From Antedon mediterranea (Eukaryota > Animalia > Echinodermata), in the NCBI RefSeq assembly GCF_964355755.1, contig NC_092672.1, forward strand, positions 4,588,001 to 4,652,000: a stretch of 64,000 bases of DNA, written 5' to 3'. Made by a program: the position numbers and the translations under genes. The notes below the pieces were generated by a model, which was not told the DNA's origin, ran no database searches, and saw only the letters and a program-made list of their open reading frames with translations. The first letter of the stretch is position 1. Each line of letters opens with the position of its first letter. Below are positions 12,596 to 25,534 of the stretch, piece after piece.

Positions 12596-12814
12596 CAGTA
12601 GAAACCGGCCCTCCTTTGAGACACTTATTAAATTCGAGTTTCAATATAATGCTTTATACTACAGTCAACCATTAAGGAACACCTCTATTAAGGAAACCCA
12701 TTCTATGAAATAAGTTGTAAAATAATTTAACACTTCAGCCAACCCAATTCAGGGAACACTGTATTAAGGAAAAATTGGTTGCTGAAAGGTGTCCTCATAA
12801 TAGAGGTTTTACTG
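12596..12814. mobile_element. CAGT-terminated Tc1/mariner(pogo)-type MITE carrying GGGACAC-like motifs
   Basis: TA CAGTAGAAAC...GGTTTTACTG TA; internal acacctctattaagg and inverted gtgtcctcataatagagg. Confidence 0.6.
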
Positions 12815-12975
12815 TAGTAATGAAAAATGTAAAAATTTAAAATTGTTTAAGAAAAGTGAGCAATCCCTGAGATACCGGGTGGGGACATGATCTGAATGAA
12901 TTAAAGGTCACAAAAATGATATTTTAGCAAATATGAATGGTAAATATTATTAGTAATGAGTAATTTTAAGATTAA

Positions 12976-13660
12976 AGACACCTTCCCTACAATTTGTGAC
13001 GTTTTGTAAAAATAATACATATAATAATAATAATAATAATACCACATTTATATAGCGCCCTTTTCATGAGTAATCATGCTCAAAGGCGCTTTACAAGCAT
13101 ATATATATTACTTTAAAAACATTAAACCAGGTCATTCCTTGTCTTAAATGTACGTTTTATGGTAAATTATGATAAAAAGTGAGAAACAATGCACTACCTC
13201 TCGTGGACGGTCTTTAGGCCTAGCCTAGCTAGGCTTAGTTTTGTAGGCCTAGCTGGTAAACATCGGTAACGTACGAACATCATACGCTAGCTATATACCT
13301 AGCCTGACGTTGTATAGTTGCTGCATTAATTTTCTTTCTATTTTTGCCAGACTCCGTTGATACAAATTGGGGAAAACCCGGTATTTTCGCTGAAAAGTTA
13401 GGAGTCTTCCATTTGTTTTGGCCTCACGATCGATCGAAAAGTGGGTGAATTACAGAAGAAAAACAGAAATATCAATCTGCGCGCAATGCATTTTGGAATT
13501 TATAGCGGGCCGCTATAATTATTAGAATCAACTTATTTTTCACATTTTTAACCATTTAAAGTCGAAAAAAGTTATCGCAATAGGACTATATAGTATTATT
13601 TTTAGATTAAATATAGTTTCTGATCTTAAAATAGATGTAAAAAACGTAGGGAAGGTGTCT
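12976..13660. mobile_element. Kolobok-type MITE (family K1)
   Basis: TTAA AGACACCTTCCCTAC...GTAGGGAAGGTGTCT TTAA; closely similar inverted copy at 61152-61777. Confidence 0.85.
13024..13097 (-). mobile_element. 5'-truncated L2-type retroposon tail nested in the Kolobok MITE
   Basis: TGTAAAGCGCCTTTGAGC...GGGCGCTATATAAATG(TAT)n flanked by CATATA direct repeats; absent from the 61152 copy. Confidence 0.8.
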
Positions 13661-13722
13661 TTAACATTGGGGCCTGTAAAAAAGTGGTAGTGGAGAAAAA
13701 TAAGTCATCGTTTTTACAAATG

Positions 13723-13996
13723 TAAATTTTACTAATTTATGAATTCCTAAATACAATTAACATACTATCTTATATATTAAAAGTATTACTTATGCTGTTA
13801 TCATTTAAACATTTTCAAATATATTTGTCAAATTATAGTTAAATTATTATAATAATTAAATTTTAAAAAATAAATAAATTTTACTAATTTATGAATTCTT
13901 AAATACAATTAACATACTATCTTATATATTTAAGTATAACCTACATGTAGTGTTATCATTTAAACATTTTCAAATACGTTTGTCAAACTATAGTTA
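13723..13996. repeat. Tandem duplication, ~150-bp unit x2
   Basis: taaattttactaatttatgaattc.taaatacaattaacatactatcttatatatt repeated. Confidence 0.85.
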
Positions 13997-14086
13997 TCAA
14001 ATAAAAAGCATCCTATAATATTTTAAACAGCATCTTTTGACTAGCATCGCAATGATGAATACTTACAACAGGAAAAAGATACTCAC

Positions 14087-14540
14087 AGCCTCTTCTCGTT
14101 AAAATAAAATCTTTGGTTGGATAAATTCAATTTCTCATGTCATAAACAGACATAAAATGTATGTCAACTCTACAATGGAAGACTAATTCCTTCAATTGGA
14201 AACGCCGCAGGGAATACAAAACAACTAAATGCAATAATTGTATAGACGGTCACATTTATGCATGCTGTATTTCACGTTCGTAAAAATCCGTACGAGAGAA
14301 CTTAAGTATCAGAAAAAGCTAGGCCTGAGAAATGTATAGTTAACACAGATGGTTAAGACAAGCTAAAGCCTGTTGACAATACAGATGCTAAAACACATTT
14401 AAGGTAGCTAAGATTCCTGCTAACAGTATCAACAACGCTGAGTTGAATGCCTTGCTTCACTGCTTTGCACAATGTATCATTTACAATCTCGTTAACACAC
14501 ACGTTGATCTCACAGAAATGCACGCAGCCGGTTGCACTGA
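14087..14540 (-). promoter_or_regulatory. Candidate internal promoter and non-coding first exon of RIM-BP
   Basis: Two perfect donors 20 nt apart (GTGAGT 14086, GTAAGT 14066), non-repetitive CpG-richer sequence, Inr-like TCAGT at 14540-14536; in-frame stop just before the donor. Confidence 0.35.
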
Positions 14541-15052
14541 GCAGAGTGTGTTTTTATGTACGTTCTGATCCCTACTTCACTTCAATACTTCACCTAGTGG
14601 TTTTGATCTGGTCAGCTAAATTACGACAATTTATATTCACTATTGTCGTGTACTGGTAATTATTCGTATGATAAAAAAAAAACCCAAGCAGTTCATTATG
14701 TCTGTACCGTGGCTTGCGTTCATCAATTATCTACCTGCCAGGGTATCTCTCTAGTGGAAATTACGTAAATCAATAATGCAGTTTCATGTGCGTCTATACA
14801 TATTTATTTAACATACAGAAAATTTATTAGTTTTAATATCAAGACGGTTAAATATGTAAATAGCTACTATTAAATTGAAAATATCAGCTCTTATAATATT
14901 CAAGATGTATACTACAAAACATATACGAATAACGGCTTACCATTTACTATCCATAATAATTAATGTCATGACATTAACTTTTAAATTAAATGACATTTTC
15001 AGAACAACAAAAATAGCCTGTAGCAATTTTAGTTGTTCCAAATATATCTATG

Positions 15053-15268
15053 GGACCATGTCAAAATTATTCTACTGAAGTTACTGCAGTAAACTACATT
15101 TGTTTAGTATTATTTAATGAAGGTTTTTATTAAAGTAATATGATATACATACAGTAGATGATTGCATTGACTGCCTCATAAACTTCTACATTGAAAAACT
15201 AAATCATATGTATCATAAAAATGTTGTTACTGCAGTAAACTGCAGTAGAATAATTTGATAACATGATC
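15053..15268. mobile_element. Small TIR element (unclassified MITE)
   Basis: catgtcaaaattattctactgaagttactgcagtaa is inverted relative to ttactgcagtaaactgcagtagaataatttgataacatg. Confidence 0.6.
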
Positions 15269-15592
15269 TGTAATGGGGATGTTTATCATAAACTATTTAT
15301 ATTTAAATTTACAGCACAACTCAGCTATGATCATTCAATAATTAATATAGGGATAAGAATCTTATTAATTGATAAGTTTTCTTCATGAGCCACTAAGGAT
15401 GAAGTTACTTAATAATTTACAACATGATCATTTTTGCAAATTTAATGAATAATTGAACTGCATGATGAGTAGCAGGAGGCTATTAGATAATAGAGTGAAA
15501 ATTGAGGGGAATAGGGAGGTAGAGGGGGACTGGCCCACAGGAGAATGGCATCAACATTAACTATGCCAGTCAATACAGAGGGTTATTGGTAA

Positions 15593-15833
15593 AGCATCTA
15601 AACATATCAAACTAGTTTGAAAAAAAAAATGTGATGTGCTCAATTAATATGGTAGTGATATGCTCAAATATGGTAGCGATATGCTCAAAAATGGTAGTGA
15701 TATGCTCAAATATGGTAGTGATATGCTCAAATATGGTAGCGATATGCTTCAATATGGTAGTAATATGACATAGTCATGTCCATATGAACACATCACATTT
15801 TTTGTTACAAAGTTTGATAGTGTAGACAGAGTT
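15593..15833. mobile_element. Harbinger MITE family A with about five internal 20-bp units
   Basis: aaatatggtagtgatatgct repeats; end agtttgatagtgtagacagag. Confidence 0.8.
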
Positions 15834-16800
15834 TAAAATCTCCATCAAGTAATAGCATCTCTACCACCTTCCAAGAAAAAAATTTCATAGCCATATGGAG
15901 CTATATGCCAATATGTAATTTAAAGTGTTGCATGAAACGTATAATTGTTTTAATTAATTTCTTGAGATAATAAAAGACAAAACAGCATAAAAGTCATGTC
16001 AATGTTTAGATAAGTAGTAATTATGCAGGAATAAATTATAAAAAATACAAAATAAACATAAATTCTCTTTAACTTTATATTTGATAATAAGTCACATATA
16101 ATTAATGTCAAAGCCGTTATTGCGCGATAATGACAGTTTATATAGATCCCAGGGTAGCCAATATAATTCAATGTATCTGGAGTAGAACATTATTGATTAA
16201 TTAATGTTGAGTATGATTAAGCTTCAATTAGTTGGTTTAATCATTTGGGATGTCACATTATAACTAAAGATTTGTTAGATAGTTCTTTTTTTCCCTCATA
16301 ATTATTTTAGGTCAAGATATGAGCACTGTAATTTCCACTATATTAGGTAATAAAAGGAATCTGTATCTGTATAACTGATGTCTCTAATATGTCAACAGGA
16401 GAATCCCTATTGAGGGGATATCTTTGGGACCCAACAAATTGTCCCAATAATACGGGTTTCTACTGAATAGGAGTTAGCTGTAGTGTTAAAACATATAATT
16501 TTGTACATTCATTTCATATCATATGATGATACCCCTGAACAGAGGTATTTAAAAGAAGGAGTTCTATTGTATGGTAAAAAACAGTAGTAAATATAATGAT
16601 ATGATATAATTTCAGCAAACCATTATATCAATGATGATGATGACAAAATGAAATGCCGATGATTATTATTATTATAAATATAATACTGAATTATCATGAT
16701 CATAATAAAATATAATGATAATGTAGTACGTTGAAGTCTCAAAATCCCATCCTTGATATAAAAAAAAAAATATATGTTTAAAAAATAATAATTTACTTAC

Positions 16801-16884
16801 GAGTACTTGTGAACGCTGGTGTTCTACATCAAACTGCTTTTGTAAAGTTTCACATTCTATTTTTTGTTGGGTAACCTCATCTTC
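16801..16884 (-). CDS. RIMBP2: RIM-BP exon (EDEVTQQKIECETLQKQFDVEHQRSQVL)
   Basis: ttttttttatag acceptor, GTAAGT donor, 84 nt phase 0-0; not in the ORF track, translated by hand. Confidence 0.88.
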
Positions 16885-17598
16885 CTATAAAAAAAATCAT
16901 AAATAAAATTGTATCAGTCAATCAATCATTCCATTTTAAAGAGCCAATCCAACTATCATTGTCCATGGGATTGTCAATAAGAATTGTGTTTTAGAATCTA
17001 GGTACAATGGCAGTCTACTTGTTTCCGGAGCTCAGCATTTGCTGGGTCCGAAGTCGAGGCTAGGCTATGCCTATAAGCCCCTCTTCAAAATAACATCAAA
17101 TCTTTAATACGGTGCAAATTTTATGTCTGATCTAGTAGTGAAAGTCCGGTATGAAATTAAAATGATCAAACAATATCTTATCTGGCTTTCAGAAGACCAT
17201 ATACTCCCTCTTTTCTCCACTGCTATACCGAATAAATCAATCAATTTCTACCATACTTACATTAAGTGAATTTGATTTTTCTTTAAATATCCAAAAAATA
17301 AAGACAAATAAAAGACACAAAACTACAAAGTGAAAAAACATGTCCACCCTTCAGATCAAGAGACGAAATAAAAGAATTGAACTTTGCTTGTAAATTAGTA
17401 ACATTCCTGGTAGCTGATTGTGAAGATGCAAACTAGCTTACAAATGTTAAGTAAGTTTTAAAGTACCTTTGAACATACTCAACATGTTTTGAGATTTAAT
17501 GATAAGATTAGAAAGTTAAATGTGTGCCAACCAATATTGCAAAAAGAAAAGAAAAGAAAAAGAAAGAACTAATCAATCTCCCCTCATCCTTTTAATAC

Positions 17599-17763
17599 AA
17601 AATTAGACATGTGAAAATTAGACATGTGAAAATTAGACATGTGAAAATTAGACATGTGAAAATTAGACATGTGAAAATTAGACATGTCAAAATTAGACAT
17701 GTCAAAATTAGACATGTCAAAATTAGACATGTCAAAATTAGACATGTCAAAATTAGACATGTC
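17599..17763 (+). repeat. 15-bp minisatellite AAAATTAGACATGTS x11
   Basis: Five G-variant units followed by six C-variant units. Confidence 0.95.
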
Positions 17764-19031
17764 AAAGCAGTGTTAACCAGTATTGCAAAAAGGAATGACC
17801 ATCTCTCCCATCTTTTGAATATGAAATTGGATATTGGGGTGATTCCATTGCCTGAATCATTCCCAATGTGGTTAATACAGTATAAAAAATAGAGTAGATT
17901 AAGAAACTTTTATATTTGTACACTGTTAATTTATGGTTTATGTGGAGCAGTTACTTATGGTGCACAAAAATAAAACATATAAAATTATTTAAACAAAATG
18001 GACATTTATAACAAAAATGTCATTTGAAGTACAAACAAAATTAGAAAATAAAATCAACGCAATCAAATCTCCTCATTATAAAGGTGACAAAACAAATTAT
18101 AAGATGAATTATTTCCTGATGATTATGGAGCCTATTGTAAGGTTCAAACAAGCTCGTAGCTTGGACATACATGCTGATAACAATAATGCAATGAAATATT
18201 TGTATATGTCTTTACTAATATTTATTGGATAATGTATTTGCATCAGCGGCACACGTTAGACAATAGCTACTAATGGTGTGTCCAAAAAAGGAAAGTAAAC
18301 ATGTTACTGAAGCTAAGTTAATATCATATTACTGTAGCGGCACATTCTAGATAATACCTGGCATAAAAATCAGTAAAACTTAATAAAACTAAAGAACTTA
18401 CCGGTAAAGCTTATATCTTATGTATATATAATGTATTTTGACATAAATAAATTTATAAATATTTAATGAAATTTAAAATAAAAAATATTAAAACTGTGAT
18501 GGGTGTGGTACTGTAACCATGAATTTATGTCAGATCTACACATTAAATGTCTCCTATTTTATGTTCAATGTGTGAATATACAGACCAGGCTAGCCATAGC
18601 ATGGAGGAAATCTATATCTAGGCATTTTGTATTGAATTCACAGAACACTTGATTAAATTGATCTAAATTCAAAGTTTCTTATTAATTATGAAATAGTAAA
18701 TGAGCACCTTCGTTAAAATAATCAGTGCTTTCTGTAAACATTTTATTTATTTAGACTACAGTTCTGATATATTAGTTACACTTAATTCTAATTGGTCAGA
18801 TGAAGTAAGCAACATTTATCTTGACAACAAACTATATCCAGATGGTTTAAATGTGATTACAGCATGAAATATTAACCATCTGATTTTCAGATTTAAAGGA
18901 TATTTCACACATATTTAATGTATTCCAATCTGTGCCTGTTATATAATTTAAAGAAGTATAGATTGCACAATATCCCGGATCCAGTAGACGCTCCTTAAAA
19001 TTCAAGCATAGTATCGTAAGATAAACCAATA

Positions 19032-19158
19032 AAGGCTGTCTATACACTATCAAACTTTGTGACAAAAAAGTGTGATGCGCCCAAATATGGACATGATATG
19101 GGCATATTACTACCATATTTGGGCTCATCACACTTTTTTGACAAACTAGTTTGAGCTT
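19032..19158. mobile_element. Harbinger MITE family A (internally deleted)
   Basis: ctgtctatacactatcaaactttgtgacaaaaaagtgtgatg...acaaactagtttgagct. Confidence 0.75.
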
Positions 19159-21170
19159 TAGTGATATGTAGATATGATACGTTTCTCTAAAAGTTTGACC
19201 AACCATTTATTTTGTACTATGTATTAGAATAGCCAATAGTTGTTCTGCTGTATCAAGTAAACCAAGAATTAGTTGAGTGTTTGCATTGAATATACATTAA
19301 ATTAATACCGATGCCAATACTATGAAGAGCAAATTCAATACTAATTGAAAACCAGTTAGTGTTCTTAATTAAATCTGCATCTGGTTTTTGCACAGTAAAC
19401 AACTTAAAGGAAGTGACTACTTCAGAATGGATATATCTTCACATTTTGTTTTCTGATTGTTTTGGCACAGGAAAGGGATGTGCAGACTTTGGTTCAAGAC
19501 TTGTCTGTGCCATCTTGTTGACTTTACTGCCGGTGTTTATCCATGCATGGTTCTGTCTAAAGAACACTTGATTATAGTAGTTATCTCCTAGTTTTGTATC
19601 AAGGCACAGTATTGTTTGGATTATTAACACAAACTTTAAAAATGGATATTAAATAGTAATGAATCATCTCCTAGGTGGTAATCATAGGCAGAGTATTGTG
19701 GCTGTGGATTATTAGGACTCCAACACAAACTTTAAAAATGGGCGAAATTAGTGTAGATTAAACATGAAACTTGATTTCTGCTGTTTACTTGAGGACTGTT
19801 ATTGATGTGGGTAAAAACTATAAATACTAATCTATGGCTTCTGCATCATCAGGAGAGGAGGGTTAATTAAGCCAATTGTAACAAGCTTTGGCATCGATTA
19901 CCATCATAGCTTCCCTGACAATTTCCAATTCGCTGCAGGTGATATCCTTCAGTAAGTTCCATAATGTAATAATCTATATCTCATTTGTATGCTTAATACT
20001 GAATTGATAAATACGTCTAATTTGCATCAATATATTAACCTTATCTTTGTTTTGATTTAAATGGGTAATTAGGCGAGAGTGATACTGCTGAAAGCATCAT
20101 TAGCGATTTGACAGGTCATTGCAACAAAAAAATAAAAACAAATTTTGGCCAGGCATTTTTCAATGGGCTGAAAAGAATTGAAAAAAGAAACATTTTGTGC
20201 CAGGCAAAATTGAATAGTATATTGAAAAGTACTAAATGAAATCCAGTGGCCATATTCACCATTCAGACTACGGATACACAATTGTAACATTCTACAATAA
20301 ATACTTAAGTGAGGTATTTAAACATTTATTGACTTAAGTGAAATAATTAGTATTTAAAGGAAATATCTTACTACTATAGTACTGTATAAGTATTTTGGTT
20401 TAAACACTATTTCATCTGAAACAATGTCAAAATTCAGATACATACACTTTTATTTATTTCCTTCGTAGGAGTAACCATGTTTATCTACTATTTTCAGAAA
20501 TATCTGACTGAATAAATCTTTTATTTGTTAAACACTTGAATCTATATTTTTAATCATCAACCCACTCCCGGTAATTCTCCCATCGCAAGGGACTGCTTTC
20601 TGCATTTATGAGGAATTTATTCAGGTCATCGCTCACGCTCGGACTTCTGAAGATTAAAATATGATAATCTCAACATGGCTAATGACTGGACGTTCGCAAG
20701 TCGCAGCATTAAAGTTCAGTTTTTAAGAGAAAGGATTAAAGTGGTTTAATAGATAACTTAATTACTTTCTGATGTTAATTGCATAAACATAATGAATTGA
20801 TTTACCATTTTTTTTGGAACGGTTATTAGATTTTCATGTTTTATAGTTATAGAGCATTTTGTCTTCCTATATAATTAAAATTGTGCATGAACATAAATAA
20901 ATCCCTTCAGCTAAAATTAACACAGATGATCAATTTCAAGATATACAGTATTTTTCTTTACGGAAAAACACTATGGTGATTTACTTTTCCATAATATAAT
21001 TTCTAATATTGGATGGTAACGATTTATTTTTATTAATAATACATTTCCCAAGTTACGTCAAGAGAACTAATGCCAACCATAAATACTATTTTATATAAAG
21101 ACTGTAGACATTAAGAAACAATCATGAGACATCAACTCCAGACATCCATTCAGACTGTTAATGGAAAATC

Positions 21171-21363
21171 ATCATAAAACTACATTTTGTAACCAATTTA
21201 GAGATATAACACTAGGCCAACTTTTCTACAAGAGGGGTAAAAATCGGCATGAGCTAGGCCTATTTAATCATAGAACTACATTTTGTAAACCAGTTTAGAG
21301 ATAACAATAGTCCAATTTTCTACAAGAGGGGTAATAATCGGTATGAGCTAGGCTAGGCCTATT
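21171..21363. repeat. Tandem duplication, ~97-bp unit x2
   Basis: atcata.aactacattttgtaa...ttttctacaagaggggtaa.aatcgg.atgagctaggc twice. Confidence 0.85.
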
Positions 21364-23002
21364 ACCATCTAGCTGTTAGCCTCTGAAAAGCAAACCTCAA
21401 CACTAAAGAGAACTTTTTGTTCGAACATCTCCCTCTCTCACCTCCTTGACAACAGACATGCAGTGTAAGTGGCCTAGAGTTTAAACTCAATTAATCATTT
21501 GGATATCACTAAACCCTAACAATTACCATCTATACAATAATAAATATTATAGGATATAACCCCGAGATACAAAGATGTTGAACCCAACTGTTCCAGACAA
21601 CAACATGATAAGTTTACAAACCAGAAGAAATCGCCTGTGACAAATTATTGATTTATGTGTGATAATAAGATAATAAGATTGTGCTTTAAACACGTATGAG
21701 ATAAAACGTGACAAAACAAGATGTGGAGTAGAAGAAAACGAGTGTCCATGCGAGTTATGTGGTAATTATGACATAGGAGAAGAATGGAAAATAAGCGATG
21801 CAGCAACAAGAAAAACATGAAAATGCGCTTTGAATTGAGCATTGCTTGGTCATGATTACTTTCATCTTTCTATTATAAGATTCCCGGTTTTTGTTCAGAA
21901 TCAAATGTACATTCAATGTTTGGATGTCAAAATTTAGTATATTTAACAATGCTTTACAGAAAAAATCCATCTAAAAATCTGCGTTTACATCTGCTACTTC
22001 CAATTTGTAATCATCACTTTTTGAATTGTTACAGTTTGTGCCAAACCTTAGGAAACGGTAGAGAATTGAAGATTTGATTTTTGGATTTTGAATAGTCAGC
22101 ACACATGTCATCATAATTGCTATTCCTCAGAAGGATCTGTATATATATGTGTTTAAATTGTCATTTCGAGTGATGTGGTGGTATTAAAGTTTATAAAGAC
22201 AAAATAAATTATCTGCATTCTTTAATAGTCCTAGCTGTATTTCGGAACACAACATAGAATTACAATATTTCTGATTCAAGCATCGTAATATTGATTTATG
22301 TTTTAATATCCCTATTGCAACCTACAAATCATACCATTGTTAATTAAATTTTAATTAAAGTTATACCCGCCATATCACACAAGATTCTAAAAAATAAAGT
22401 CCCTTTCACATTGAAAGTTTCTATAACCACTTATCATAATAAGTATTCACACATGAATGCTGATGCTTAAAAAGAAATCAAATGAAATTGTCGAAAGTAG
22501 GTTCGTTGCTTGATAACAAATAAATTGATATGACACCATGGAATAATTACCAATTACTTAGGTGGTAGAATGCATTAAGTTACTGCATGATGAGTTAAAA
22601 TTAACTATATTGTGATGTTACATAGTGCTTTTGTAATTTTTATTGTCTGTACATACTTTGCATATTACCATATATGGAAATAAGCCCTTTTATAATGCAA
22701 AATATTATTTTATGAAATCAGGTAGATATAAGAGTACAGTAGAACAAACCTATTCAAGAGAAACTCTCCAGTGTAAATCACTCTTGTAAAATAAACAAGG
22801 GGAAATATACAATTTAACACTATAACATTGTTGATAATGGAATGAAGATAAAGATAATTGTCTGTTAAATAAATCTGTTAGATGTACATCGATATAAAAA
22901 GTGCAAAATTAATGTGAATTTCTTGCCTCATTATTTAATAATGTAATAATTAATGAGCTATGAACGACTAGTTTTAATATAAAACAAAATATTGTTACTT
23001 AC

Positions 23003-23113
23003 CAATAGCTGTGTTTGTACGTTTGATTGCTCAAGCCCGTTAAGCTCCTTACGTAACGCTTTGTTGGTCTCCTCAAGTGCTTGATAGCCAATGGTGTTAC
23101 TGCTAGGATCGTG
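23003..23113 (-). CDS. RIMBP2: RIM-BP exon (HDPSSNTIGYQALEETNKALRKELNGLEQSNVQTQLL)
   Basis: tgttttgtttcttttag acceptor, GTAAGT donor, 111 nt phase 0-0; translated by hand. Confidence 0.88.
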
Positions 23114-23257
23114 CTAAAAGAAACAAAACAATAAAAACCATTTATGACAGTGCAACAATAATCTACGGAGAATTCTACTGTAAGTGTTCCACGTTTTTAT
23201 ACCAAAATACTGCCTCCACATGACGTCAAACATAATTATAACCAACTTTGAAAATAA

Positions 23258-23423
23258 AGCTCTGTCTACACTATCAAACTTTATCGTGACAAAAAAATGT
23301 GATATGCCCATACAGTATATGAAAACGACATCATATTACAGTACTACTATATTTGGGCATATCACTAGAATATTCGGGAACAACACCATTGTTTTGTTAA
23401 ACTAGTTTGATATTGTAGAACTT
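23258..23423. mobile_element. Harbinger MITE family A
   Basis: taa agctctgtctacactatcaaact...aaactagtttgatattgtaga. Confidence 0.75.
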
Positions 23424-23501
23424 TAAAATTGATAAGTGAGAATTCTATCTAACATTTTGAGTAACATGTTTTGGAGCAAAAATACATGAAATATAAATAA
23501 C

Positions 23502-25358
23502 AACTAGACATGTAACTCGTCACTTTGACGAGTTAGTTATCCGCACGACAAACGCCACGTGCACGTCATACGTTAGAATATTGCACAAAGAAAAAATTAT
23601 GGCATTATGACCTGATCTGAAGAATATGATATGTTGTTAGTGCTGAATTCTGTCAATTTTGTGTCATATAGTATATACATGCAAACAGTATAATCTGTAT
23701 ACATGTTACATACAGTGTAGAATAGGTGAAATTACGGGACCCGCCATTTATTCAAATTTGTAACATGGCGACGGTATCAAGATGAAACACTAAGGTAGCA
23801 ATTTCGGAAGCAAATTATCTCAGCAACAACATATTAACGTGTAGAAGAAATTTGAATACGTTTAATATTGATGCGCGCTCTTTTAAATATAATGAACTGT
23901 TGTTAGTGCTGAATTCTGTCAATTTTGTGTCATATAGTATATACATGCAAACAGTATAATCTGTATACATGTTACATACAGTGTAGAATAGGTGAAATTA
24001 CGGGACCCGCCATTTATTCAAATTTGTAACATGGCGACGGTATCAAGATGAAACACTAAGATAGCAATTTCGGAAGCAAATTATCTCAGCAACAACATAT
24101 TAACGTGTAGAAGAAATTTGAATACGTTTAATATTGATGCGCGCTCTTTTAAATATAATGAACTATGATGCAAAAGAAGAAAATACGACTTTTTTTATTT
24201 AACTTGCAATATGATGACGTCACAGCATCTGATTGGCAAAATGTTCACATGATTTAATATCTACAATCCAAGAGCTTCCAAAAAATGTTTTAATCGTGAT
24301 TATCACAATTTATTTTGACGGGCTATTACAGATTAAAATTTACTGTAAAGATGAAATTAATGACCCACGTAATTAAAATTTTTAGGCATGATGACGTCAT
24401 AAAAATTAAAATATTTTTATCTCATGCGAAAGATAGTTGATTGACCTAGACAATATTAAAATCTCGGAGAAAAAGAAATACGTATAAGCGTGATGCGCTC
24501 CATTGAATGTGATGAGCAATAACGAAAGCCAAAAAAATCCTATATTTTACATTCGTGTGGCCATATGATGACGTCACAACATCCGTGAGGTAAAAATTCT
24601 GCATGAATTCATATCTACAACATATCTGCTTACATATTAAGTTAAAAAAATTAGGGGTAATCGTTGATCCTGAGAAGCTATAAAACATTCAAAATAGGCA
24701 TAATTTTGACAACATTTTGTAACTTTTTCAACTAAAACGCGCGCAAATGGGCTAAATCAACGTGTTCGTATGACGTAATTTTTATTTGAAATGATGTCAA
24801 TCTTTTTGAAAATGACTAGTAAAGGCTGGAAAATCACAATTCAAGAGAAAAAAACATGATTTTCATGCTCTATGCGCACCGTGCGCGTAATATTTTTCGC
24901 GCGCGCGGTAATTTTGTACATGCTTAAAATGACATGAAACGCGTAGAAAGTTGATTAGAAATTATTTTTGCGCATTTTGAAATTTTAAATGCGCGTGCGC
25001 GCGTAACTTTGTGTAAAACACGCAATTTTTTTCAAACAGAAAGTTAGCGCATGATATAAATTAAACTTTCACAAAGTGTCAATTAAAAATCACTTTTAGT
25101 TTTTAATCTATGATCAATCATAAAAAACCATAAAATCGCGCGTAAGTCACGTTGCGCAACTCTGACGTAATTCAAAAATAGGAGGTGCACAACTTCACGT
25201 AAATGCCCACATGTTGTCAAAGTTATAAAATGTTATGTTTACACATTTTAGAGAAACGCTCTACACAAAAATAGCGAGAAAGAAAGAAGAATAATACAGA
25301 AAAAAATATTGATCCCATACAATAACAAGGAGTTATCCGCCAAGTGCGGATAACTAAT
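23502..25358 (-). mobile_element. Non-autonomous Helentron/Helitron2 (HINE-like), ~1.86 kb
   Basis: Minus 5' end TTATTAGTTATCCGCACTTGGCGGATAACT (hairpin plus sub-TIR); 3' end GTGCGGATAACTAA, hairpin AACTCGTCA-AAG-TGACGAGTT, then CTAGTT. Confidence 0.8.
23632..24163. repeat. Near-perfect 266-bp tandem duplication inside the Helentron
   Basis: Copies start at 23632 and 23898; one difference noticed (taaggtagc vs taagatagc). Confidence 0.92.
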
Positions 25359-25534
25359 AAGCAGAATTTAAGGGTGGGATTAAATTAAAAATGGACTTTA
25401 TATCAAAGTCCTATGTATCAAACTTAGGGTTTGGGATTATATTGGGTTATATGGCAATGCAGAAAGCAATTTCAAATGTTTTGCTCTCTAAATGGAATTA
25501 ATTTAAATATACAGTTATGCTATATTCATCTTTA

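Noticed and set aside
17611-17892. (VKIRH)n ORF
   Set aside because: Translation of a 15-bp minisatellite with a GTG start
19439-19630. Protein-like minus-strand ORF (MAQTSLEPKSAHPFP...)
   Set aside because: No phase-0 acceptor/donor pair and no recognisable homology
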